Positions 16,489 through 25,179 of a stretch of DNA of 32,000 bases are shown here, piece after piece. Position 1 is the first letter of the stretch, and each line of letters begins with the position of its first letter. Position numbers and translations under genes: made by a program. A model generated the notes under the pieces. That model was not told where the DNA came from. It ran no database searches and saw nothing but the letters and a program-made list of their open reading frames with translations. The DNA is from Pseudothioglobus sp. nBUS_23 (GTDB taxonomy: Bacteria > Pseudomonadota > Gammaproteobacteria > PS1 > Pseudothioglobaceae): positions 1,170,001-1,202,000 of the forward strand of contig NZ_CP179200.1 of assembly GCF_051201565.1 (NCBI RefSeq). Reading direction: 5' to 3'.

Positions 16489-17673
16489 CTAAAGTCTTTC
16501 AACTGCCATGGCAACTCCCATCCCGCCACCAATACAGAGAGTTGCGAGACCTTTGTCAGTTTTATCACGCTCCATACCATGAAGAAGCGTGACTAATATT
16601 CTTGCTCCTGAAGCGCCTATCGGATGACCAAGTGCAATCGCACCTCCTGTGACATTGACTTTAGAAACATCCAAGCCAAGAGAGTCATTGACAGACATCG
16701 CCTGAGCAGCAAAAGCCTCATTAGCTTCAATGCGATCTAAATCAGAGGCCTTCCATCCGGCTTTTTCTAGACATTTAGTACTTGCTGGAATTGGGCCAGT
16801 TCCCATAATTGTTGGATCGACTCCTGCACTTGCATAGGAAACAATTCTTGCCATAGGTTTAAGTCCAAGCTCTTGTGCTTTTGAAAGAGTCATAACCATA
16901 ACAGCAGCTGCTCCATCATTAATACCTGAAGCATTTCCAGCGGTAACAGAGCCATCTTTTTTAAATGCAGGTCTGAGCTTTGAAAGAGACTCTTCGTTTG
17001 TTCCATGCCTGGGATATTCGTCCGCATCAAAAATAACATCATCGCCTCTTCTCTGTGGAATGTTGATTGGTGTTATTTCTTCACGAAAAAGATCAGAAAT
17101 CTGAGCAGATTCAGCCTTTTGTTGAGATGATGCTGCAAATTGATCTTGATCACCTCTAGTATAGTCAAACTTAGAAGCAATATTTTCAGCTGTAACTCCC
17201 ATATGGTAGTCATTAAAAGCGCACCACAAACCATCTACAACCATAGTATCAACCATTTCCCAGGGGCCCATTTTTTTACCCTCTCTTGAGCGTGGTAAAA
17301 CATGCCCTGAAAGGCTCATATTTTCTTGGCCACCCGCAATGACTATTTCGGCATCTCCGCATGCAACAGCCTGAAATGCTAACTGGACTGCTTTTAGCCC
17401 ACTGCCACAAACCTTATTAATCGTCATTGCGGGTGTTACATCAGGAAGACCAGCATCTATTGCAGCCTGACGAGCTGGGTTTTGTCCGCTTCCTGCAGTC
17501 AAAACCTGTCCAAGAATAACCTCATCAACTTGATTAGTATTCAATCCAGTTTTTTGGAGTAAAGAAGAGATAACTGCCGAGCCAAGCTTATGAGCAGAAA
17601 CTGATGACAGAGAACCACCAAAAGACCCAATGGCAGTTCGTTTTGCGGCAACAATAACTATTTCATGATTCAT
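16489..17673 (-). CDS. Acetyl-CoA C-acetyltransferase (thiolase II)
   Basis: VCGSGLKA (active-site Cys), NEAFAAQ, GHPIGASGARI and CIGGGMG motifs. I prefer ATG 17673 (MNHEIVIVAAKRT...). The track start at 17700 is a TTG. Confidence 0.92.
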   Translation of the reverse strand: MNHEIVIVAAKRTAIGSFGGSLSSVSAHKLGSAVISSLLQKTGLNTNQVDEVILGQVLTAGSGQNPARQAAIDAGLPDVTPAMTINKVCGSGLKAVQLAFQAVACGDAEIVIAGGQENMSLSGHVLPRSREGKKMGPWEMVDTMVVDGLWCAFNDYHMGVTAENIASKFDYTRGDQDQFAASSQQKAESAQISDLFREEITPINIPQRRGDDVIFDADEYPRHGTNEESLSKLRPAFKKDGSVTAGNASGINDGAAAVMVMTLSKAQELGLKPMARIVSYASAGVDPTIMGTGPIPASTKCLEKAGWKASDLDRIEANEAFAAQAMSVNDSLGLDVSKVNVTGGAIALGHPIGASGARILVTLLHGMERDKTDKGLATLCIGGGMGVAMAVERL

Positions 17674-17760
17674 AATTGACATTGATAATTTATGATGCAA
17701 TTATTATAGAGCTTGAAAAAAATAAATGCTCGTATATTCCTGTGTTACAGAATATTAGGG

Positions 17761-19401
17761 TTAGGCGTTTTGCTTTAACCTTGTTTCTAGTATTTCACCT
17801 GATGCAAATAAAATTGGGTAAGCTATGGATGATAATAAGCTATTGACTCTTTTGTAGTCTCGAACCACATCAATATGCATTGAGCTAGTTTCCAAACTAT
17901 CAGCTATCCCCTTGCCAAGTCGCTGCAGATGTTTTGATACAGATCGTTTTTCAAGTTTGTGGAGTTCTTGTTTCTTTTCATATAAAACTCTAGCCAATTC
18001 ACAATCATTTGAAACGAATGTATTGATTGCAAGATCATAGTTAGCACAGACTTCCTCATGAATCGACAGGATTTCACTAAAACCTTCTTTAGAAAAATGA
18101 ATGTGTTTAGAAATTTTTCTTCCAGATATTTCCATTAAACTATTATTTACAATATCTCCAATATGCTCCATATTGGTTGTAAAGTTAAGAATGTTGAGTG
18201 CTTGCTGACTCTCTGCAGGCGAAAGCTCCTCTTGTAAGATTCTTGCAATATAAAGCTTAATTGAGTCATAAAATTCATCAACGGTGTCCTCATTTTTTAT
18301 AATTTCATGGCGCAACATCTCATTATCGTCTTTCATTACTGCAAGTGAGGATACAACCATGTTCTGAGAAACTTCTGCCATTCTTAGAGCCTCTCTTTTT
18401 GCATTGGCAAGAGATACAGCTGGCATAGAGAAATCATCTGCTTCAAGAATATTGTGTTTATTTAATTGATCCTCAATTTTGTTTTCAGAAAATAAACCCA
18501 AAGACAGAGCAAGGAATTGCTTTGAAAAGGTAATTCCAATAACTGCTACAAATAAATTAAGTGTAAGGTGATAAATAGCTGGAACTAATTCAGCAGATAG
18601 ATAAGTAATTGAGAAATTCGAAAATACGGAAACAAATGGATAAAAAAGAATAATGCACAGCGACCTAACTAACAAATTTGCTATTATTGGATTTTTCTCT
18701 AATTCAGAGGAGTTCCAACTTGAAATAAGAGGTAACATGCCACTTCCAAGGTTAGCGCCCAATACAAGATACAAACCTTCATTCAGCCCTATTACTCCGG
18801 TAGCTAAAAAACTAACCGATAGTAAAACTATAGCCAAGCTTGAATACGATAAATAGGTCAATACTAGGGCCAATAATAGGAAGAATACGGGCTGGTTATT
18901 AAATACTTCAAGGAGAGATTTAAACTCTCTTAATTCAGCTAAACCTCCCGCTGTTGACGAAATTAAAATAAGCGCAAATAGAATCAAGCCGAGTCCACTG
19001 ATTGCTCGAAAAACATTTTGGCGCTTGTTTTCCTTAGAGGCAATAAAGCCAAAAATACCAACTGCAAGTAAAAAAGGCGCTAGAGTTGTGAATTTCTGTG
19101 ATGCAATAAGAACCGCAACAGAGGTTCCAATATCAGCGCCCAGCATAGTAATAAATGCAGTACCAACACCTATAAGGCTTTGGCCTGCAAAAGAGGCAGA
19201 AATTAATACAGCTGCTGTACTGCTTTGCAATAGAGCAGCTACAATTAGTCCAGATAAAAATGCGGGGATTATCTTACCCTCAGAGCGACGAGCAAATCTT
19301 TTGATATTTGTTCCGTATGAGCGCATAACGCCAGTTCGAACCATTCTAAGGCCCCATAAAAGAAGGGCTATCGATCCTAAGAGTTCTATAAGCAGCGTCA
19401 T
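17761..19401 (-). CDS. Na+/phosphate cotransporter family protein with a C-terminal PhoU-like domain (NptA/YjbB type)
   Basis: The N-terminal half is polytopic with an LLWGLRMVRTGV start typical of Na/Pi cotransporter repeats. The C-terminal half of about 200 aa is soluble, helical and PhoU-like. Its ATG overlaps the glpD stop (ATGA). Confidence 0.8.
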   Translation of the reverse strand: MTLLIELLGSIALLLWGLRMVRTGVMRSYGTNIKRFARRSEGKIIPAFLSGLIVAALLQSSTAAVLISASFAGQSLIGVGTAFITMLGADIGTSVAVLIASQKFTTLAPFLLAVGIFGFIASKENKRQNVFRAISGLGLILFALILISSTAGGLAELREFKSLLEVFNNQPVFFLLLALVLTYLSYSSLAIVLLSVSFLATGVIGLNEGLYLVLGANLGSGMLPLISSWNSSELEKNPIIANLLVRSLCIILFYPFVSVFSNFSITYLSAELVPAIYHLTLNLFVAVIGITFSKQFLALSLGLFSENKIEDQLNKHNILEADDFSMPAVSLANAKREALRMAEVSQNMVVSSLAVMKDDNEMLRHEIIKNEDTVDEFYDSIKLYIARILQEELSPAESQQALNILNFTTNMEHIGDIVNNSLMEISGRKISKHIHFSKEGFSEILSIHEEVCANYDLAINTFVSNDCELARVLYEKKQELHKLEKRSVSKHLQRLGKGIADSLETSSMHIDVVRDYKRVNSLLSSIAYPILFASGEILETRLKQNA

Positions 19402-20960
19402 ACTATTTCAACCATTTTGCTTTTTAGTTCATCATTTTTTGTATGACTATTGGCTTTAAAAAAATCATCCAGATATTGATCTAGATTTTTTATTTCATCC
19501 CTAGAAAAAGAGAGTCCAAGTTTAGATCTTCTGAACAAGATATCATCTGATGTTCGGGCCCACTCTTCTTGAATTAAATAAGTAACCTCTCTTTCATAAA
19601 GGCCCGAGCCGAAATGCTTTCCAAGCGAATCTATATGTTCTGCATCGCCAAAAATATTAAAAGAAATAGTGCCATAAGAACGAACTAATCGCTTAAGAGT
19701 CTCTTGAGTCAAAAATGGATACTTCTTTTGAAGTTTATTTTGCAAATCCAACTGACCATCAACACCTATATCTCCTCCGGGAAGAGAAGAATGGTTAGTC
19801 CAAGGATCGCCTTTACTTCCAAGAAACTCCTCGACATGCTTAAGGATAGACTCTGATAGTCTTCGATAAGTCGTAATCTTTCCACCAAAAATATTAACCA
19901 TAAGAGATGATTCGCTCTTTTCTGCCTTTATTACGTAGTCGCGTGTAGCCTCTTGAGCTGTGCTTGCACCATCATCATAAAGAGGTCTTACTCCAGAATA
20001 ACTCCAAACTATATCTTCAAGGCCAATTTCTGTATTTAAATACTCATTAGCTGATTCACAGATATAAAGCTTCTCTTCTTGACTGATCTCAACATTTTCA
20101 GCTGATTGCCCATGGTCAATATCTGTAGTTCCAATCAGAGTGTATTTATCTTCATAAGGAATCATAAAAAATATTCGATTATCATTGTTTTGGCATATAT
20201 ATGACCTGTCATGGTCAAAAAGCTTATTGACGACGATATGACTCCCTCTTACGAGTCGAACATTTTTTGAGTTATTGCTTTTAAGTGAGCTATTTAATAA
20301 ATCATCAACCCAAGGTCCAGAAGCATTAATAAAACACTTTGCTTTAAATACAGTATGCTTCCCATCAAATGAATCAGTAGTAGTTATTGACCAAAATCCG
20401 TCTGACTTTTCAACTTTTGTAACTTTACAATAATTTTGTATTTTTGCACCTTTCAAAGATGCATCAACAGCATTTAATAACACTAGCCTTGAATCATCCA
20501 CCCAACAATCAGAATACTCATAGCCAAACTTAAAATTACTCTTCAGAGGATCGCCAAATTCACTCTTATTAAGTTTTACATGGCTAGTTCCTGGCAATAT
20601 TTTTCTAAAACCTAAATGATCATAAAGAAACAAGCCTAATCTTAAAAGCCAAGCAGGTCTCATACCTTTTGAGTGAGGCAAAATAAATCTCATCGGCCAA
20701 ATGATATGAGGTGCCATTTTAAGAAGCACTTCACGTTCTTTTAAAGACTCTTGAACCAAGCGGAATTTATAGTGCTCTAGATACCTCAAACCACCATGAA
20801 TTAATTTTGTTGAATTAGATGACGTACCAGATGCAAAGTCATTCATTTCACATAGGCAAACAGAGTAACCTCTGCCAGCGGCATCTCGAGCTACACCAAT
20901 GCCGTTGATTCCCCCACCAGCAACAAAAACATCATAAATTTTCTCTGAATTTTGTGACAT
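19398..20960 (-). CDS. glpD: Aerobic FAD-dependent glycerol-3-phosphate dehydrogenase
   Basis: YDVFVAGGGINGIGVARDAAGRGYSV FAD motif; SSNSTKLIHGGLRYLE; 520 aa with a GlpD-type C-terminal domain. Confidence 0.9.
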   Translation of the reverse strand: MSQNSEKIYDVFVAGGGINGIGVARDAAGRGYSVCLCEMNDFASGTSSNSTKLIHGGLRYLEHYKFRLVQESLKEREVLLKMAPHIIWPMRFILPHSKGMRPAWLLRLGLFLYDHLGFRKILPGTSHVKLNKSEFGDPLKSNFKFGYEYSDCWVDDSRLVLLNAVDASLKGAKIQNYCKVTKVEKSDGFWSITTTDSFDGKHTVFKAKCFINASGPWVDDLLNSSLKSNNSKNVRLVRGSHIVVNKLFDHDRSYICQNNDNRIFFMIPYEDKYTLIGTTDIDHGQSAENVEISQEEKLYICESANEYLNTEIGLEDIVWSYSGVRPLYDDGASTAQEATRDYVIKAEKSESSLMVNIFGGKITTYRRLSESILKHVEEFLGSKGDPWTNHSSLPGGDIGVDGQLDLQNKLQKKYPFLTQETLKRLVRSYGTISFNIFGDAEHIDSLGKHFGSGLYEREVTYLIQEEWARTSDDILFRRSKLGLSFSRDEIKNLDQYLDDFFKANSHTKNDELKSKMVEIV

Positions 20961-21755
20961 CTAACCTTTATTGATTATTAAATCTGCAAGCTCCACAAAC
21001 CCACTTCCTGAATAATTTTTAGTAATATATTTTGGTGGATGTTCGATACTGCTTATTTGCTCAACAACATTAGCGACACCAACTGAATTTTTAAAAAAAC
21101 CAAACATTGATGAATCATTTGGGGAGTCTCCAATAAAGATAGCAGTATTCTGAATTTCAGCATCATTTAAACCAAACCTTTCTCTTAGAATTTTTAAACT
21201 TGTAGAAAGCTTATTATGACTTCCAATCCAACAATTAACGTGTATAGAGCTTATCTTAGCTACTGCGCCTTTTTGTTCAGCAATTTGAACAATTTCGTCA
21301 ATCTTGTTTTGCGGAAGTTTAGGAACATCTTCGGCAAAATCAATTGCTAAATCAGTGATACGATAATCTTGATCAGAGGCCTGTGCTGTTCCTGAAACAG
21401 ACTCAAGAATTGTATTTTTAATTTGATTAAGAACTGTAAAGTTTTCTTTTCTTTCGTCCTCAGTTTGACTATATGAATTGTTCATTTTTTTATTGACGTG
21501 ATCATAGCTAAAAAAGAAAGCTCCATTTTCTCCAACAACGCCATCAACTGGCCACATCCTAGCAATGTGATCACACCAACCTGCACATCGACCAGTCACA
21601 GGAATTACACTATATCCATTATCTGATAATCTTTCCATAGCCTCATAGGCATTACTCTTTAATCTTCCATCTGAAGTTATAGTGTCATCAATATCTGTAA
21701 GTATGAACTTGATATCTTGCAGCTGAGACAAAGACATTGTTGACAAATTTTTCAT
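20961..21755 (-). CDS. HAD-IIB subfamily phosphatase (sucrose-phosphatase/mannosyl-3-phosphoglycerate-phosphatase-like)
   Basis: DxD motif ILTDIDDTIT, PVTGR, and GDSPNDSSMF (motif IV). Its stop directly abuts the glpD start. Confidence 0.65.
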   Translation of the reverse strand: MKNLSTMSLSQLQDIKFILTDIDDTITSDGRLKSNAYEAMERLSDNGYSVIPVTGRCAGWCDHIARMWPVDGVVGENGAFFFSYDHVNKKMNNSYSQTEDERKENFTVLNQIKNTILESVSGTAQASDQDYRITDLAIDFAEDVPKLPQNKIDEIVQIAEQKGAVAKISSIHVNCWIGSHNKLSTSLKILRERFGLNDAEIQNTAIFIGDSPNDSSMFGFFKNSVGVANVVEQISSIEHPPKYITKNYSGSGFVELADLIINKG

Positions 21756-21809
21756 TAAAACTCCTAAGAATTGATAATTAAATAATTTGGCTCTGAAAAA
21801 TCACCAAAG

Positions 21810-21845
21810 CGAACATAATTATTTTCATATGAACATATATATGTT
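21810..21845. promoter_or_regulatory. Candidate GlpR-type operator sites upstream of the HAD-glpD-Na/Pi operon
   Basis: CGAACAT at 21810-21816 and a perfect 14-bp palindrome AACATATATATGTT at 21832-21845. Confidence 0.4.
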
Positions 21846-21912
21846 TATTTTAGCATAATTCACTCTAATAATAGGCTCAAAAATAGAAATATATTCAAAT
21901 GATTAAAATTTA

Positions 21913-21960
21913 TTGTTCATTTTCGTAATTTTATGTTAGAATTGTAGTTCAAATGAACAA
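21913..21960. promoter_or_regulatory. Inverted repeat TTGTTCATTT/AAATGAACAA bracketing a putative glpR-ugp promoter
   Basis: The 10-bp arms lie at 21913-21922 and 21951-21960. A possible TTGTTC-N18-TAGAAT promoter (21913-21942) overlaps the left arm. GGAG RBS at 21964-21967. Confidence 0.4.
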
Positions 21961-21973
21961 TTTGGAGTTATGA

Positions 21974-22747
21974 ATGGATTTAACTGCTAGACAAGCAGAG
22001 ATTTCTGACCTATTACGTCAAGAAGAATTTATTACTGTCGAAAGCCTTGCGGATAAGTTTAATGTAACTACTCAAACTGTAAGAAGAGACATTAACGCTC
22101 TTTGTGATTACGGCCAAGCAAGAAGAAGGCATGGCGGAGTAGAACCATTGTCTACCGATGGTAATCTTGCCTATGGAACTAGACAAGTACTTAATCGAGT
22201 TGCCAAGAGATCAATCGCAAAAGAGGTTGCCAATCAAATTCCTAACGGAAGCTCTATATCACTAGGTATCGGCACAACTCCAGAAATGGTAGTTAGATCA
22301 TTATTAAAACACAAAAATTTAAAAATTTATACCAATAACTTAATCATTGCTCAAACTGCAAGCACGAACTCAAGTTTTGAAGTTTACTGTTCGGGTGGAA
22401 GAATAAGAAGTGGTGACTTTGATATGGTAGGAAGTCCAGTAGAAAACTTCTTTAATTCTTACAAGACAGACTTTGGAATATTTGGTGTTGCTGGCGTTGA
22501 TATGGATGGAGCACTGCTTGATTTCTCTGATGAAGAAGTGCAAATCAGAAGAGTCATTCTAGATAATTGTCGTGAAAGCCTTCTGGTTCTAGATCATGAA
22601 AAATTTGGCCGTGTGGCACATGTACGCGGTGGTCAAATTCAAGAAGTGGTCAAAGTTTTTTGTGATCAAACCCCTCCTTCTGAAATCTCTCAAATTATTA
22701 TTGATTCAGAGGCGGAATTTGTAGTTTGTGACAAGGAGTTGATGTGA
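21974..22747 (+). CDS. glpR: DeoR-family transcriptional repressor (GlpR-like)
   Basis: N-terminal HTH ITVESLADKFNVTTQTVRRDINAL plus a C-terminal DeoR sugar-phosphate-binding domain; 257 aa. Located in a glp/ugp context. Confidence 0.8.
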   Translation: MDLTARQAEISDLLRQEEFITVESLADKFNVTTQTVRRDINALCDYGQARRRHGGVEPLSTDGNLAYGTRQVLNRVAKRSIAKEVANQIPNGSSISLGIGTTPEMVVRSLLKHKNLKIYTNNLIIAQTASTNSSFEVYCSGGRIRSGDFDMVGSPVENFFNSYKTDFGIFGVAGVDMDGALLDFSDEEVQIRRVILDNCRESLLVLDHEKFGRVAHVRGGQIQEVVKVFCDQTPPSEISQIIIDSEAEFVVCDKELM

Positions 22748-23781
22748 GTGCAATTGAAGTAAAAAATCTCTCTAGAAGTTATGGCGATATTGATGCTGTC
22801 AAAGATGTATCGTTCACTGTCCCTGAAAAATCCTTCACCGTACTTCTTGGACCTTCAGGATGCGGTAAATCAACCATTCTTAAGATGTTGTCGGGACTTG
22901 AACAGGTGAGCCAGGGTACTATCAATATTGGAGGATCAGATGTAACTGAAATTGAAGCCTCAAAAAGAGGGGTATCTATGGTATTTCAGTCTTACGCCTT
23001 GTTTCCTCACTTAAATGTCAAAGAAAATATTCAGTTTGGTCTCAAAGTTCGTAAAGTCCCTGTTGAAGAAAGAGAAAAAAAGGTAGCAGAAGCAGCCAAG
23101 GTTGTTGGTCTGACAGAGTTACTTGATCGAAAGCCAGCAAACCTTTCAGGTGGTCAGCGACAAAGGGTTGCATTAGCGCGCTCTATTGTATCTGATCAGT
23201 CTGTATGCCTAATGGATGAGCCATTATCCAACCTAGATTCTAAGCTCCGCGCAGAAATGCGAGATGAAATAAGAGATTTACAAAAAAGATTGGGTTTAAC
23301 TGTGGTTTACGTGACTCATGACCAGGTTGAAGCCATGTCTATGGCAGACCAAATTATTCTTCTTAAATTAGGAGAAATTGTTCAAGTTGGCGCTCCTGAG
23401 GAAATTTATAATTCACCAAATAGCGTCTTTAGTGCTCAATTCATTGGACTTCCACCAATGAATATTTTGAATCTAAATGAAATAGATGTCTCGAGCTTAG
23501 ATTCGAAAGTCTATTCAGTAGTAGACTCAAATAAAAATATCAAAGATATTGGAGTTAGGCCTGAGCACATAGTGTTTTCTAAAAAAGGTCTTCCAGTTGA
23601 AGTGAAAAGTATTGACTACTTCGGTGGTGAAACTGTATTCAAGCTGACTCATCAAGAAAAAGACTTTTTTCTTCGTGAGCCCAGGCAACCAAAAATTCAA
23701 CTAGGGGATAAGCTATGTGTTAGCTGGAACTTAGATGACATGTATTTGTTTGATAAAAATGATCAGCGTTTAAAGTCGTAG
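22744..23781 (+). CDS. ugpC: ABC transporter ATP-binding protein, UgpC/MalK type
   Basis: Walker A GPSGCGKST, signature LSGGQRQRVALAR, Walker B CLMDEPLSNLD and a C-terminal TOBE-like domain. The GTG start overlaps the glpR stop (GTGA). Confidence 0.85.
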   Translation: MSAIEVKNLSRSYGDIDAVKDVSFTVPEKSFTVLLGPSGCGKSTILKMLSGLEQVSQGTINIGGSDVTEIEASKRGVSMVFQSYALFPHLNVKENIQFGLKVRKVPVEEREKKVAEAAKVVGLTELLDRKPANLSGGQRQRVALARSIVSDQSVCLMDEPLSNLDSKLRAEMRDEIRDLQKRLGLTVVYVTHDQVEAMSMADQIILLKLGEIVQVGAPEEIYNSPNSVFSAQFIGLPPMNILNLNEIDVSSLDSKVYSVVDSNKNIKDIGVRPEHIVFSKKGLPVEVKSIDYFGGETVFKLTHQEKDFFLREPRQPKIQLGDKLCVSWNLDDMYLFDKNDQRLKS

Positions 23782-23833
23782 GAACGCTAATTATTAACAA
23801 ATGTTTAACACTACGATTAAATAGGAGAAAGAA

Positions 23834-25111
23834 ATGAAAAAAATGTTTACTAAAATTTCCTATTGCTTAACTGTTGCACTTGGTATATCTATGTTTTCAA
23901 GTGCGGCTATTGCAAAAACGGAATTAACAATGTACTACCCTATCGCTGTTGGCGGCAAACTAACACAAGCCGTTGATTCGATAGTTGCAGACTTTATGGC
24001 AGAAAATCCTGACATTGAAGTTAATGCAATTTATTCTGGTAACTATGACGATACAAGAATTAAAGCTCTTGCAGCTCTTGAGAGTGGAAAGCCTGCTCAG
24101 TTATCAGTAATGTTCTCAATTGACGTTCATGAACTTCGTGAGCTTGATGCAATTATCCCTTTTGATGATGTTGTTTCAACAGCTGAAGAAAAGGCATGGT
24201 TGAATTCTTTTTATCCATCACTTATGGAAAATGGAATTGCAGCTGGAAAAACTTGGGGTATCCCTTTCCAACGTTCAACTATTGTTATGTACTATAACAA
24301 AGATGCCTATCGTGAAGCCGGCCTAGACCCAGAAACACCGCCAGCAACATGGGGTGGTCTTATTGCTGCAGCCAAAGCATTAACTAAAGATGACGGTTCA
24401 CAGTGGGGTCTTATGATTCCATCAACAGGTTACCCATACTGGATGTTTGGTGCACTTGCTATGCAAAATGGTCAGACTCTTATGACGAGTGGTGATAAGA
24501 CTAACTTTGATCATCCTGATGTAGTTGAAGCTTTAGAAGTATGGAAAGCTATGGGATCAGAGCACAAGATTATGCCTGAAGGCACAATCGAGTGGGGTAC
24601 GCTTCGTCAAAACTTCCTAGAGGGCAAAACTGCAATGATGTGGCACTCTACTGGAAACTTAACTACTGTTAAGAACAATGCTGACTTTGATTTTGGAGTA
24701 GCTATGCTTCCAGCTGGAAAGCGTCGTGGAACGCCTACAGGTGGTGGTAACTTCTACATATTCAAAGATACTTCTGCAGAAGAGCGTGAAGCATCTATGA
24801 AACTTATTAAGTTTATGACTTCACCAGAGCAATCAGCAGCCTGGTCAGTAGCTACTGGCTATATGGGTGTTAGCCCTGATGCATATGAGACTGATGCTTT
24901 ATCGTCTTATGTAGCAGAGTTCCCACCAGCAGCAGTTGCTCGTGATCAATTAGCATATGCTACAGCTGAGTTTTCAACTTACCAAACAAGTCGTGTTAAA
25001 AAAGGATTGAATGATGCAATTCAAGCTGCACTTGTTGGAAGTAAAACTCCAAAAGAAGCTCTTTCAGAGGCGCAAGCCGCTGCTGAGCGTATTTTAAAAC
25101 CTTATCGTTAA
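23834..25111 (+). CDS. ugpB: Periplasmic ABC substrate-binding protein, family 1 (UgpB-like)
   Basis: Signal peptide ...MFSSAAIA-KT; 425 aa; a typical extracellular solute-binding family 1 look. RBS AGGAGA upstream. Confidence 0.75.
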   Translation: MKKMFTKISYCLTVALGISMFSSAAIAKTELTMYYPIAVGGKLTQAVDSIVADFMAENPDIEVNAIYSGNYDDTRIKALAALESGKPAQLSVMFSIDVHELRELDAIIPFDDVVSTAEEKAWLNSFYPSLMENGIAAGKTWGIPFQRSTIVMYYNKDAYREAGLDPETPPATWGGLIAAAKALTKDDGSQWGLMIPSTGYPYWMFGALAMQNGQTLMTSGDKTNFDHPDVVEALEVWKAMGSEHKIMPEGTIEWGTLRQNFLEGKTAMMWHSTGNLTTVKNNADFDFGVAMLPAGKRRGTPTGGGNFYIFKDTSAEEREASMKLIKFMTSPEQSAAWSVATGYMGVSPDAYETDALSSYVAEFPPAAVARDQLAYATAEFSTYQTSRVKKGLNDAIQAALVGSKTPKEALSEAQAAAERILKPYR

Positions 25112-25120
25112 TTCGGTAAA

Positions 25121-25159
25121 TTGGCGGATGTTTAATGACATCCGCCAATTATTTTTATT
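25121..25159 (+). terminator. Intercistronic stem-loop plus T-rich tail between the ugpB-like and ugpA-like genes (partial terminator or mRNA stabiliser)
   Basis: Perfect 11-bp stem ttggcggatgt (25121-25131) / acatccgccaa (25138-25148), loop ttaatg, then ttatttttatt. Confidence 0.7.
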
Positions 25160-25179
25160 AGACTTCAAAAGTAATAATA

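Noticed and set aside
1000-19459. Many short ORFs in the six-frame track lie fully inside, or antisense to, longer well-supported genes. They are 1000..1248, 1271..1462, 2331..2543, 2820..3017, 3987..4184, 4181..4369, 4363..4587, 6104..6427, 8025..8309, 8655..8966, 10464..10718, 11429..11725, 14061..14348, 14566..14817, 14698..14889, 15213..15437, 15547..15735, 15868..16095, 18653..18856 and 19025..19459. Two more, 29188..29391 and 30914..31099, lie further on.
   Set aside because: They overlap genes with clear family motifs, have low-complexity or odd composition and lack an RBS. They are typical shadow ORFs of an AT-rich genome.
23782-23833. The sequence ttaacaaatgtttaa in the ugpC-ugpB spacer as an additional GlpR operator or internal promoter.
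   Set aside because: It is not a true palindrome when checked base by base, and it is only a partial match to the TGTTC/GAACA core. It is too weak to report as a feature.
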